Source of the DNA: Raillietiella orientalis
Taxonomy: Eukaryota
Direction: 5' to 3'
DNA: 64,000 nt
Assembly (NCBI GenBank): GCA_036172245.1
Contig: JAYWIR010000026.1
Span: 124,001-188,000 of the forward strand
The translations under genes were made by a program, and so were the position numbers. This document shows positions 25,101 to 37,492 of the stretch, one piece after another. The notes below the pieces were generated by a model that was given only the letters and a program-made list of their open reading frames with translations, ran no database searches and was not told where the DNA came from. Each line of letters opens with the position of its first letter. Position 1 is the first letter of the stretch.

Positions 25101-28100
25101 CAGGGACATTCCCGGATTCACTCATCAGCGTCGCGAGTTTAAGCATCAAGGGAATGAGCTCCACTGCAAAGCACTGATAAAACTCTGCAGGGAGCCCATC
25201 CTCGCCTGGCGCCTTTCGTCTCTTCAGCCCAGCGATGGCGGACGAAAATTCATCCGCCGTGAAGGGCTCGTCGAGACGTTCGCGTTCCTCCTCGCCGACA
25301 ACACGAGCATCTTGAGACAGGAGTATCTCAGAAAGAATATCCTCCGTCGGGGATTCCGCGTAGAGCGAGGAGTAGTAGCGTCTCACAATGCGGCGTACTT
25401 CTGCTGGGGCCGAACATTCGTGGCCCTTGTCGTCCAACAGGCATGCTGCTCCGGACTGCCACACCTGGCGCTCGGCCCTCGCCTTGTACTCTGCGAGACG
25501 CCCCACATCCGCGCGTCTCGAAAACGTGAGGTCCTGCAGAATGTCTCTACTGTTGGCCACGCCCTCTCCGAAACCGCGTGGAAGCCGGTGCAAGGGGAAT
25601 TGGCAGCAGAACTCGCGGACAGATCTTTTGAGATCGTCCCAGTCCGCAAGTTCTTGAATGGCAAAGCCCCGGAGGTATCCACGTAGATGCTCCGCAGCCT
25701 CCGGTTGGCTAAGCCAATCCGCCTGCATCCTCCAGCTTTGCAACGGAGGCCCCCTGCCTGGCGAAAGGATCTCAAACTCCAACCTGTGGTGGTCAGAAAG
25801 CTCAGTCAACAATCTTCCTCTCCTACCCACACGCGAATGCAGGTTTTCATCGAGGAAAACGTGATCGAGCGATCTTTCCATTCCAGGTTCGCTGACCATC
25901 AAGTTGGCATCGTGCACGGACGCGCACATCTCGATGGGCAGCGCGCGCTCCCTCGGGCGGCTCCAATCGTCGGAGAGCAGGCGGACGTTGAAGTCCCCAG
26001 CGACGAGGTGCGCCACTTGGAAGCCGGAGTTGTTGAGCCACTGGCTCTGCACCTCACCAAAGAAAGCTACTCTTTCTTCGAGGTAGCGAGAGCCACTCGG
26101 CTCGTAGACGTTTGTAACGACGAGATCGATGGACTCGGACCACTTGATGACAAGCTGGCCTATCCGTCCGTTGTCATCGAAACGAACACTGCGCACCGCT
26201 TCCGCCATTTTACCTCTTACGAGGAACGCGACGCCGCACGTGTGTGCGCCGCCGCACCGCCAATGTAGCGTTCCGCCTGCGCGCTCCTCGATTTCGGCTG
26301 CCTGCTCGTCGGAGATTACGTGAATCTCCTGCAGCAGCGCGAGGTCGAAGGGGCGCAGGGCGTTGGCTACTAATCGCCTCTTCTCGTCGTTCTGCAGTCC
26401 GTTCACGTTCCAACACGTTACGGACAGACGACGAGAAGACGCGATTCCCCGCATTACTGCTGGAAAGGTGGCGGCTTTTTGCTCGCTTTATCAGGCGAGC
26501 AGACGGCGAGCAGCACGACTGGCTGGCGGGGACGGTCGCCACCGTCCTCTGTCGTGCTGCATGCATGTAATGCCTCCACGCCAGGCTGAATCCCGTCGGG
26601 TTTCGTGGAGACTTCGCGTTGCTTCGCGGCGAGCGTTGCCTGGCTGCCTACTTTTGATCGGCGCGCACACGCTTTTGAACGAGTTGTCCTCGTCTCGGTG
26701 ATCGGAACGGCATCCATTTCGGAGTCCGACCGGCGCATGTTCGATCGGGTTTCGGCCTTCCGCGAAGCAGTGACAGGTTCTGCTGGATTGACAGCTGTCC
26801 TGTTTTCGTTTTCCGTCACCAGAGCATCGCTTTTTGTGACGGCTGCTTTCCCGGCGCGCGCGTTTTCAGCGTGCTCACGCGCAGTTGCACGAGGGACCTT
26901 TGCTGGAGTCTTCTTTACTTCATTACGGTTCCTCACTTCGCGTGGCGCCGTAAATGGAGATTGTGCTCCATTGCCATCTTTGAAGCCATCCTTGTCTTTG
27001 AACGGGAGCACTTTCGATGGCTCCGACACGCTCGTCATGGACGATGCTTTCGGAAGGGCTTTTAATCCCTTCGTTGGCATGGCATCCGCGCCAGTCGAGA
27101 GCTTGCTGTCCGACTGCGACGGCGTGAGATTTGTCTCCGCTTTCGCGGTGTTGGATCGCGACGCGGATTTTTTTTTGCCGACTTTCGAAGTCGACACGGC
27201 ACAACCCTTCTTACCCGATTTGGGCTTCTCAGCCACTGCAGGAGGTGAGGGAATGGATCTGACGGTACTGGAAGTGTCCTTACCGCCGTTGTCCATTGGC
27301 GTCCCCGCCGGTTGCTCGAACTCCGAGAGAGCCGGGCGTGCTTGGGAAGGACAGCTATTGCGCCTAGGGGGACTTACCATTGCCTCGGATTCCCCGCACC
27401 ATTTCTTTTGCGGCTCCCTTGCCGCGAGAGGGGGTGCGCAGGGCTTCGCGTGCGAGATTTCCTGCTGCTTTGGGGCGACATTCCGCCTCGCGTTTTTACC
27501 GAATTTCTACCGTGGGGTCTCCAGGTTTTTCGCAAATTTTTTCTTTTTATCCGCGCTTTGTTTCTTAAGATGAAGCTCCGCGGCTGCCTTTTTTCGCAAA
27601 AGATCCGGGCAAGTTTTCAATTGGTGCCCGGATAGTTTGCAATAACGGCATTTTCCAGAGAAGCATTTATCCAAACAATGCCCCTCCTTCCCGCATTGCT
27701 CGCACGTTTTTACTTTGCCCACGAACCACAGGTGAACGACCGTGTCTTTCACCTGTAGTTTCGTGGGCAGCAGACGGCGGTCCGGCATTGTAAGCCGGTC
27801 TCCAGCGACTCCGCTGTGTATGGACGGGAAGTCCTTGAGGTTGCTACGCACCCTCCACAGCGCATGGACCGTGGCGAATTTCGCCAACGCGTTCCGAATA
27901 TCAGTATCGGAGATTTCCGACTCGATGTTAAAAATCTCCACCACAAATGAGTCGTCCATGGCGGCCGGGAAGTCCTTCTGGCCACGGATCGACAACGGGG
28001 TGCGCAGCAAGCGTTGCACAAGTGCAGCGTCTTTGCAACGCACCTTGAAATAGCCCATGTCTTTTACGGGCATAATGAAGAGAAGGTCCTCCTCCCGCAC

Positions 28101-30778
28101 GCCAACACGGGTCAGTTCATGGTTGAACTGATTCCCGTCGCGCGCAGAAAGAAAACCAATCACCTTATATCGGAGAGCAGGTCTATAGCCTTGGGCTACG
28201 TATGCCCGCAACTCCGACTCGTCGAGTGGTTTCCCTTTGACGGCTGCAGTGGCAGCAACGTCAGCAAAACTCCTCTCCATTGGCGAGAAAGACGAAGTGG
28301 AGGCGGCCGTCGGTTCCGCGATTGCAGATCCGGATGCTGTTCCTCCAACTTCAGTAGCTTCAAGTTGGGTCGACATCGTCGTCAAAAGGTACGACGCCAA
28401 GATGAAGCAGATGAAAGCACGTAGACGAGAGCGAAGAAAAACACGTCCGCACTCGATTGAAATCTCCCGCTATCAGGTGAGCCTTCCGCACGCTCGTGTT
28501 CGCCAGCCAGTCGCGCTTCAAGGATTCAAGCAGCTTGGTACGGTTGCTGTATCCCTTTTGACCGGTTGGGGCGTACACATTCGTGACGATCAGATCGATC
28601 GAGTCCGACCAGCCGAGAGTCAGCTGACCGACCCGACCGTCGTCATCGAAGCGCACGCCCTTCACGGCAGCGTCGATGGCCGGCTTCACGAAGAACGCGA
28701 CCCCGCAGGTGTTGCGGATGCCGCATTGCCAGTACAGCCGACCCCCCGCGATCGTCTCGATCTCCTGGACGTCTGCCGCGGTGATCACGTGGATCTCCTG
28801 CAACAGGGCCAGGTCGAACTCCCGCAGGGTGTCGGCTGTATCTCGCCTGTTACCGTCGTCGCGCAGCCCGTTGACATTCCAACAGGCCGCGCGAATCCGA
28901 CGGCGACTGGCGAGCCCAGGTGTTACTCCTGGGAAGATGGCAGTGCGGCGTCCGCCACCTGCTGGGGCGGGACGCTAGGTGGAGCAGGGGGGTCAGGTGC
29001 TCTAGGCACCTGGTCCCCCTCCTCCATCGGTGCCGGCGCGTCGGCCGGATCACCCGCAGGTGGAGTCGCGCCTACCTGTTCGCCCTCCTCCATGGGGGCG
29101 GGCTGTTCAGGGTCGGCGCCTGCAGGGGGGACTTCACCCCCCTGTTCACCCTCCTCCATGGAAGTGGCCGCATCGACGGCTTCCGAGCGTGGGAATTCCT
29201 CCTCCGAATTTCCCACGCTGGCGACGGCTTCCGTCTTCTCCTCCTTGCTGGTGGAGGGGAGGCTCCTCCTGGGCTTCTGGGACTTGCGTCCCGACTTCCT
29301 CGGGGGTGCCTCCGAGGAGGAGGATGTGCTTCCGGCCCCCAGGTCTAACTCACCTTTGGGGGCCTTCCTCGCCGGAGCCGGCCTTCGCACGGCCTTGCGC
29401 GAGGGGTTCTCACGCTCGGCCAGCGTGACCGCGAGCTCCTCCGCCGCCTGCGCGAACGCGGCGTCCGCGGCTTCGACCGCCGCTATGTCGCGCGGCTCAC
29501 CCTCTGTGTAAACAGAGGGTTCGCCGTCGCGAGCCTCGGGCGCAGCGGAAACGGCAAGGGGAGGATCGACGCTCCGGGTGGCAATCTCGGGAACGACGGT
29601 TCGTTCCAGTGCCACCGTGCACTCGCGCAGAGTTTTCGAGCGCGGACCGGGTTTTTTTGGCTTTCCGGCCGTCTTGCGCTCTTTGCTCTCCGCGGGTGGG
29701 AGTTTCCTTGGTTTTCTGGCCTCTACATGCTGCCATCCCTTTTCGCCTTCCACCGTTTCAGAAGGTTTATCCTCCGGCTTACGCGCCGGAGGTTGAGGTG
29801 TTGGCAGCTTGTGCTGGCCCTTTTCCACTTTAGGTCTAGAGACCTTTAAAGCGCGTTTCCCCTGCGCTTTTTTCGCGGCAGGGGGAACCGTGGTGGGACG
29901 TTTTGGGCACACGCGCCGAACGTGGCCCCGCTCCCCGCACAAATGGCATTGTATATTGGGACACCTTTTACGTAGGTGTCCCACGGTATCACAATGCCCG
30001 CAATACCGGGGCTTCCCTACATACCACAGGTCGACGTTTTCTCGCGCCACCTGTAGTTTGTGGGGAAGCCCACAATTCTCCCGTACGGTCACCCGCGCTG
30101 CAGCCTGCCCACCAAAAAGGCGATCGAAGCCGTCGAAAATGGAGGGTTTCGGCCACAGTGCGTGCACCTCACCGTACTTTCTTAATTCCTCACCAACCGC
30201 TGACCGCGTCATGCGGCTGTTGATGCCAGTCATGTGGACCACCACGGAGCGGTCCATTGATACTGGCAGGATCTTTCGGCCGTCTACGTTCAGCGGCGCA
30301 TGGATTAGGCGGTGAGCCAAGGTGACATCTTTGCAGACCACCTCGACCCGCTGCCCGCCGCTGAGGACGGAGAGGCCGTCCAGTTCCTTCTCAGTAACGT
30401 TCGCGTCCTTCAACGCTTTGCTGAAGGCGCGCGCTGTCCGGCCGTCGAGCAAGTTGCCTACCTGGTAGACAAGCGATGGCTTGTACCCGGAGGCCTTGTA
30501 TGCGGCCATCTCCGCCATGGCTTCTGCGCTGGGCGCGGCCACCATGGCGCTCCATGTCCTCGGCGTGGCCGGGGATGATTCCGGGGCGGCTGCCCCTGCT
30601 CCAGTAGGCTGTGGGGGCTAACTAGCCTCCCCCACTCCCACCTCCATCGCGGTGTCCTCTGGCGTCGTGGCCATTGGACACCGACGATGTACACAAAACA
30701 CCACACAGAAGAAAAAGCGCTTTCCTACTACTCTTTGGGGAGTGAAGGAAAAACACGTCCTCCTACTGGCCGTGGAGG
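19198..30778 (-). mobile_element. Family A full-length copy 3, interrupted by family C
   Basis: Reverse-complement homolog of 5266-10933. ORF1 30674->28923. ORF2 28923->~19415, split at GDFN (28455/22547). 3' hairpin at 19204-19219. Confidence 0.95.
22548..28454 (-). mobile_element. Family C full-length LINE (~5.9 kb) with a 9-bp flanking duplication ATTTCAATC
   Basis: 5' GGACGTGTTTT at 28448. ORF1 ~28376->26454 (CEQCGKEGHCLDKC, CRYCKLSGHQLKTC; frameshifted). TAATG overlap, then ORF2 26454->22861 with a frameshift near 23815. GATTGAAAT at 22539-22547 and 28455-28463. Confidence 0.93.
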
Positions 30779-32145
30779 GTTCTGGCTGCAAGGAGGCTGC
30801 CATCTCCTCCGCGGCTCGCGCGAAGGCTACGTCATCGATGGTGGTGTGGATGACGGACGCCGCCGCCGGCTCGCTCCCCTCGCTGTTAACTGTGTCAACA
30901 GAGGGGTTGTCGTCGGTAGCGGCGAGTTCTTTCCGGCAGCGTTCGACAACGACGCTGCACTCTTTAATTATCGCGCTACCCTGCTCTTTCTTCTTCTGTT
31001 GGTAGGTGATTTTCTTTTCCATCCTCCTCTCCTTCTTTGATTTTTTGGCCGTTGCCACTTGCCACTCAGTCTCCTGGCCGGCTCCCTCAACTTTTTCGGC
31101 GTTGGTCGCCGGGGTCTCGGGTGCGGCCTGGGTCTTGGGCGCGGGTGGCACAGCCTTCGCGGCAGCTTTCGCCGCCAGTCTTTTCTGCAGAAGCCGGGCG
31201 CGTTTTTTAAGGTTTCTCTTGGAAACCACCCGCACTGCTGCTTTTGGGCACACCTCCCTCGTTTGGTCAATCGTGCCGCATACTTGGCACTGCACATTGG
31301 GACACCTCTTTTTGAGGTGGCCCGACGTATTGCAGAAGCCACAGTATTTCGGCTTCCCCACATACCAGAGGTCGACGGTTTCGCCTTCGACCACCAGTTT
31401 GTGGGGAAGAGTGCAGCCCTCCCGAAAGGTCACGCGCGCAGCAGTGAGGCCGTGTTGCAGCCCCGTGTAGTCCTCGAAAGGACTAACTTTCGTCCACTGC
31501 GCGTGGAACGTTCCGAACTGTTCCAAAGCGGCGCGAACCTGTTCTTTGCGCATTCGCGCGGTCACGCCTAACAGGTGTACCACCATGCTGCGGTCCGATG
31601 TACTGGGGAGAAGCCTGCGCGTCCCCATCACAACGGGGGTTTTAAGCAGTCGTTAGGCCAGCTCTGCATGTTTGCAGATGACCTCAACGTACTGACCCCC
31701 GCTGCGGATGGTCATAGCGCTGAACTCCTCCTCTTTCACATCGAGAGCGCGCATGCCCTTCGAGAAGGCGCGCGCGCTCTCTAAAGAATATGAATTGCCT
31801 ACCTTGTAGAACAATGAGGGGTTGTACCCCTCTTCCACATAGGCCGACAATTCCGCCGCGGCTGCAGGCGATGGCGCCGACACAACGGCGCTCCACGCCC
31901 GCGCTGCAGCGGGGACCGATTCTGTGGGGGCGGATGCCCCCACCTTCATCGCCTCTGGGGACGACGTTGCCGCCGCCCCCTGGCTCTCCATCGCCTCTGG
32001 GGGCGGCATAACCGCTGCCCCCTGGCCATCCCTGGTGGTCGCGTCAGGCATCGCTGCCTGATCGACCACCGAACCACACGACGCTTGCACTGGGGGAGAC
32101 TTCCTGGAACGAGGAGCACCGAGAAAACACGTCCACCCTGGAGCG

Positions 32146-34247
32146 CACAAGGCGTTCGACTGTGTAGACCAGGAACTCTTCTTGGAGCTCCTGGGTCGCA
32201 TGGGCTTCCCACCCTCCCTGATTTCCTACTTGCGCTTTTGCTGGCGGAATGCGATGATTACCGTCTCTTTCAGCGGTCACAAGGTCAATGGCGTGCCGGA
32301 GCGGCGGGGCATAAGGCAGGGAGATAGCCTCAGCCCCCTGCTCTTCAGCACCCACCTTGTGTTGGTGCTGAGAGCCTACAGTGTGACTTTGGCCTCCTTG
32401 CCGTGCTCGTGCCCCGGCACGCTCGCCGTAGCAGCGTACGCCGACGATCTTCTGCTCTTGTTGCCAATGTCCACCCCGGCAAAGGCGGTCGGAGACTTCT
32501 TCGATTTGCTCAGCCGCGGGACCGGACTGCAGGTTAACAGGGCGAAGTCGTCGGTGGTGCCAATAGGTGCGGCGTGGGCAAGGTAGCAGGACTGGGTTCG
32601 TCTGAGGATCCCCAAGGCGAGGTGCTTCAAGTACCTTGATGTGCCGTTGGGGGACTACTCCCCTGCGGAAGCATGGTCCAGCTGCCTCCAAAAAGTCGAG
32701 ACGGCCATCGGCCCGTTCCTGGAAGGCAAGTTTCACCTGCCGGAACGGGCCGCGGTTCTGAACGCGTTTGCGGTTCTTATCCTCCCTCTGGCTTTTTGTT
32801 TGCCTTTTCACCTTGGAAACCAAGAAAAGGACGAAGGACCTCCTTCATATCGCCCTTTGAGGCAAGGGGAGGCCTAGAGTCCCACTGAAGGACTTGTGCG
32901 CTCCGCGTCGGGACGGCGGCCTTGGCCTCCTGACGCTGGAGTGCGTGGAGAAGCAGCTGCGGTGGCGAACCCTCGCCATCGCAGCGAAGATGTGGAGCAC
33001 CCCTTGGTGCACTCCGACCCGCCTCTTGGCCAGTCGTGTGTCCGGGTGGGATGGACTCTCGTCTTTTCTTCTGAGCCGTGGCCGGAAGATGCGAAGATGC
33101 GGCCTACTGCTCGGGCGTATGGCAACATTGGTCAAGGAGAACAGCTGGATTGTTTGCTGCCCCGCCAACTCTTCCGCCTGGCTGGAGGAGAATATTGGAA
33201 CGTGGGCAGTGGTAAACCAGAGGAGCCACAAGACGTGGAATCGTCTCCGATGCAGCCCCTACGCCCGCTGCACGCTGCGGAATCTCCTGGAGAGTTAAGC
33301 AAGATGCATGTGGGCGGAGACGACCTACCTAGCCACGGCGCTGCCCTTCCTGAGGAGGGCACTTCACAGCAGCCGGACCCAAAGGTGGCAAGTCTCCTGC
33401 TGCATCGAGGGACGCGAGAAGTTGATCAGCGGCTGGACAACAGGAGAACTGGCTGATGCCACGACCCCGAGCGTCGAGCCGCGAGGATTATTAAGATGGG
33501 GCGAGCTGCTCGCCATCCCCAGGGATGAGCTGAAGTGGCCGTCTGTGATGAAGGAATCCAGGATCCTGCCCCTTAAGTGGCAAGAGTCGGCGTTGCTTTT
33601 GTTGCACTGGGGTCTACTCTGCAACGCGCGCCGCTTCCACTGGACGAGGGGAGCTGTGGTTCCTGCGTGTGCCTGGTGTGGGGAGCGGGAGTCACTCCCC
33701 CACCTTATTGTGGATTGTGCTGCCCTCCGATCCCTTTGGGAACGGTTCGGGACTTCCCTCGGGCTCCCTACAGGCAGCACCCCCAGAGACGTCTTTCGGG
33801 CCCTCTTCGTGAAGGACGCACTGCAGCCAGCCGCAGCCATCGCAGCCTTGTGCTGCGTCCGTGGCATCGTGACGGCATGAAGCGACGCCAACAACGAAGG
33901 AGTGGGTCCACAGGCGAGGGATGTCATCCCGTATGCCCAACGCTTCTTGCGAAGAGCTGCCGGATGGCCCCAACTGGGGAATATGCAGACAGACCTCGAG
34001 GGCTTCCTTTGACGGATGGGCCCTCCCCTTAGCGACCGGTGATCCCTTCCCTGCCCTCCAACTTCTTTTTGTTTGTTTCTTTTTATTTTTCTTTTTATCT
34101 TATCCATATCCCCCTTCGCTGTCGGGGAGTGCCACGCCGGGCTGCGTCCCGGTGTCCCGTCAGGTCCTGTGTTTACTTTCGTGGTGGGGCCTCGTACCAC
34201 GCATGCAGAGTTTACAAATAAACGCCCCGGGGGTACCCGGGTGATAA
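32146..34247 (+). mobile_element. Family H LINE, 3' half (from RT HKAFD to 3' end)
   Basis: RQGDSLSP, YADD, C-terminal finger. Distinct 3' UTR. AATAAACGCCCCGGGGGTACCCGGGTGATAA at 34217-34247. Confidence 0.9.
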
Positions 34248-36870
34248 CGCCGAAGCCCGGCGGAAGACGTTCCAGGGGAAACTGGTCGCAAAACTCGCGG
34301 ACTGAGCACTTCATTTCGTCCCAGTCCGCGAGCGTCTGAAGATGGAATCCTCGCAGGAAGGCGCGTAGATGTTCCGCCGCTCCTGCGAGGCGCAACCAGT
34401 TTCCTGGCAGGCGCCACGTTTCCAGGGGAGGGCCTTTGTCGCGTGGATGTATCTCGAGCACGAGCCGTGGATGGTCGGACAGCTGTGCCGGGAGCGTTCC
34501 TCGATTTCCCACCCGCGTGCATAGGTGGTTGTCGAGGAACATGTGGTCGATGTTTTGATCTCTCCCGGCATCACCGGCCAACAAGTTGAGCGCATTCCTG
34601 GCTGCGCACAACTCGTTGACCAGTCGTGCTCGACTGCTGGGAGCACCTGCCACAGGCGGAGATTGAAGTCGCCCGCGATGAGGTGCGCCCGCCGTACGCT
34701 TGCTTCAGCCAACCAGTCTCGCCGCAGGGATTCGAAGAACGCAGTGCGTTCCTCGGCCCTGTAGCTGCTCACCAAGGCGTACAGGTTCGTCACCACGAAA
34801 TCGATCGAGTCGGACCACTTGAACACAAGCTGTCCAACTCGACCGTCCTCGTCGAACCTAACGCTGCGCAATGCGTTGTCGACGGCTGGCATTAGCGTAA
34901 AGGCCACTCCGCAGGAGCGGTCGTTTCCGTTCCTCCACAGTAGCCGCCCTCCTGCGATGCTTTCGATTTATTGGACATCTCCTGCTCTGAGAACGTGCTT
35001 CTCTTGCAGGAGCACCAGGTCGAACTCTGGCAGTATGGCGGGTACGTCTCGCATCTCACCGTCGTCGCGCAACCCGTTGACGTTCCAACAGGTGATGCGC
35101 AAGCGGCGGCAGGAGACTAGCCCACGCATTGGTGTATTTATGGTGGGGTGGAGGCGGCCTCCTCCCTTTCAGGAGGCGGCTCGTTGGCGGCCGTGACGAC
35201 GGTCGGCTGCTCACACGGGAGCACGTCGTCTCCAGCGACTTCCATTGGGCTGGCTTCCGTGACACGGACGGGAGAAGGGTCGCGTGGCGCGACGCACATT
35301 GCCTCCGCCTCCGCACCCAAAGACATGGGCTCCTCTACTTGGGAGGAGGCGACACGTCTCAGGCATCCGGCCTTCTTGCCACCCTTTCTCTTCGGCACGG
35401 CTGTGGAAGTAGAGCAACCGGCTTCAGCGTCCTACCCGGAAGATTCCGGGTCCTTCGCCGTCGCCGGTCGTCTCAAGGCCTTCTTTTCGGCCTGGCAGGC
35501 TGCCGCAACATGGCTGCCAGCTCTTCTGCGGCCTGCGCGAAGGTCGCGTCTGTGATACGCGCCGCCTCATCGCTTTCCGCACCGACGATCGGCGCAGGCG
35601 CGACGGGGACGGCTTTATAGACCGGCGCGCAGACGTCCTTCGCTGGCAATGCCGGAGCGGCATTCTCTTTAGCTGATGGTGATGTCACTGCGGGCACGAT
35701 CGGCTCCGATACAACGGTATCAATCGCATTCACCGTTACTTTCTTCACGGCTCTTGCGATCGACACGCGTTCGATTTTCACTGAACAAGCGCGGACTGCC
35801 GGCTTCTGCTTCTTCGGAGCCGCCTTGTTAATTCTTTTTACCTCCTTGATGGGGGCCTTCTTCTTCTTCACCACCTTCTGCCAACCTTCCTCGTTCCCTG
35901 CGCTTTCTCCAGCTGGTTGTTCGCTGGAGGATGGCTGAGCAGCGGGTTGGTCGGCAGGGTGGGTTTCTGCCAGTTGTTGGCTTCGGTCCTTTTCCTTCGG
36001 CGTCTCTTCCTTTCTCGCGCCTGACGAAACGGACCTTTTTCGGTTGGGGCACAGCCCAAGCACACGATGTTGGGGCATTTCTTTTTTAAATGCCCCGACA
36101 CCTGGTAAAAGCCGCAGTAAACGGGTTTCCCCACATACCACAGGTCGATCTCTTCGTCTCCGACCTGTAGTCTGTGGGGTAGCCCACCCTCGGCACGGAC
36201 TGTCACGCGCGCAGCGGCGTACCCACTAAAAGCCCTGGTGTAACCCAGGACATTGGGTTTCGCACACAACGCGTGGACGGTGCCGTATTGCTCTAAAGAT
36301 TCGCAAGCGGCGGTCTTTGCCATTCGCATGGTGATGCCGGTGAGGTGGACAACGATGGAGTTGTCCGCCGTGAACGGGAAGATTCTTCGACCGTTCACCG
36401 TCACCGGCAGGCGGAGCAGCTGCTGAGCCATCTCTGCAGACTTGCAGTTCAGCACAACCAGCTGCCCGCCACTTCGCACGGAAAACCCGAGGACTTTTTC
36501 CTCCGGGACTTTCAATTTCTTAAATTCGGCCGCAAACGACCGCAATACCGCGGGGGAGTACAGGCCACCTACCTTGTACAGGAGGGCCGGGTTGTATCCG
36601 TCGGCCATGTACGCTTGCTGTTCCTCTGCGGGGGGCGGCGCAGGCGCCGCCACCACCGCGCTCTAAGCCCTCGCCGGGGCGAAGGACGAATCCGTGGGGG
36701 TGTTGGCCCCAACATCCATGGGCTGGGGGGACAAGGCTCGCTGGCGCCCCTCCGCCGTGTTGGCGGTGTCCTCGAGCATTGCTTCCCAGGAACAACCGCT
36801 CCAGAAAACACCGCAAACACTCGCAAAAAAAGGTTTTCGGCAGCACCGAAAAAACACGTCCTCTCACTGC
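34248..36870 (-). mobile_element. Family D LINE 5' part: ORF1 (~36779->35138, disrupted) and APE (35129->34248)
   Basis: GGACGTGTTTT at 36861, GYNPALLYKVG, MRGLVSCRRLRITCWNVNG, HLIAGDFN, IDH, LSDH. Ends at LPPGFG. Confidence 0.9.
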
Positions 36871-37490
36871 AGGTTCGGGGTGAGCTCTCGCTCCTTCGCG
36901 GCCTGCGCTGCGCGCCTCAGGGCCTTAGCCCGTCGCGCTACGGCTTCCGCGCGTGTGATCCGACGTGCGTCGGTGATCTCAGACTCCGTTTGGGAGTCCG
37001 ATTGAAGCACAGGCGCTTCGCAACTCACCTGCTCTGTCGGTTTGGAGGTGCTTGCGAATGAGACCGCGGACACTTCCTTTTTCGCGATCACCTGAACATC
37101 GTCCATGGCGATCGCAACTTTCGCGCCATTCGCGACCGCGGCGGTAGCCTTTGCAGCGGCAGAGGGAACCTTCGCGCGAGTCTCCTGCATCGCGCTACTG
37201 TTTTTTACCTTGGAGAGGCGCTTGCAGTTAGGTTGCGGAGAATTTTTGGGAGATTTTATTGTTCTTTCTTTCACCGCAACCGTCCACCCACCGTCCGTTC
37301 GTTCGAAGCGCTCCTCGACTTTCGTGAGGGACGCCATCGAACGTTCCTGCCCAACCGCCTAGGGCGCAGCTTTCGCTGCACCCTTAAAAAGCGGCGGAAA
37401 CGCGGCCTCCGCGGCAGCCGGGAGATTGCTCCTCTCCTTTTGAGTCGGCAAACTTGCTTCGCGGCTCAAAGTATTGTGCGCTCGACAAAG
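36871..37490 (-). mobile_element. Probable ORF1 internal fragment of a further LINE family (host of D)
   Basis: Basic/Ala-rich ORF 36864-37337 with DGGWTVAV resembling the EGWQ.V motif of other ORF1s. No catalytic motif. Confidence 0.5.
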
Positions 37491-37492
37491 TA

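Larger units (their letters stand above)
15041..32145 (-). mobile_element. Family G LINE, probable full-length copy 2 carrying nested A and C (own parts 15041-19197 and 30779-32145)
   Basis: 5' GGACGTGTTTT at 32134. ORF1 is split by A at the EPS-A motif. TAATG junction at 18813-18817, degenerate ORF2 18815->15255, 3' AATAAACGTCCCGGCGTACCGGGTTTAAA at 15043-15071. Joining the two halves is inferred from ORF1 colinearity across the A insertion. Confidence 0.8.

Noticed and set aside
5266..30778. Giant inverted repeat, or LTR/DIRS-type element
   Set aside because: Explained by oppositely oriented family A and C copies. No integrase, tyrosine recombinase, RNase H or LTRs were seen.
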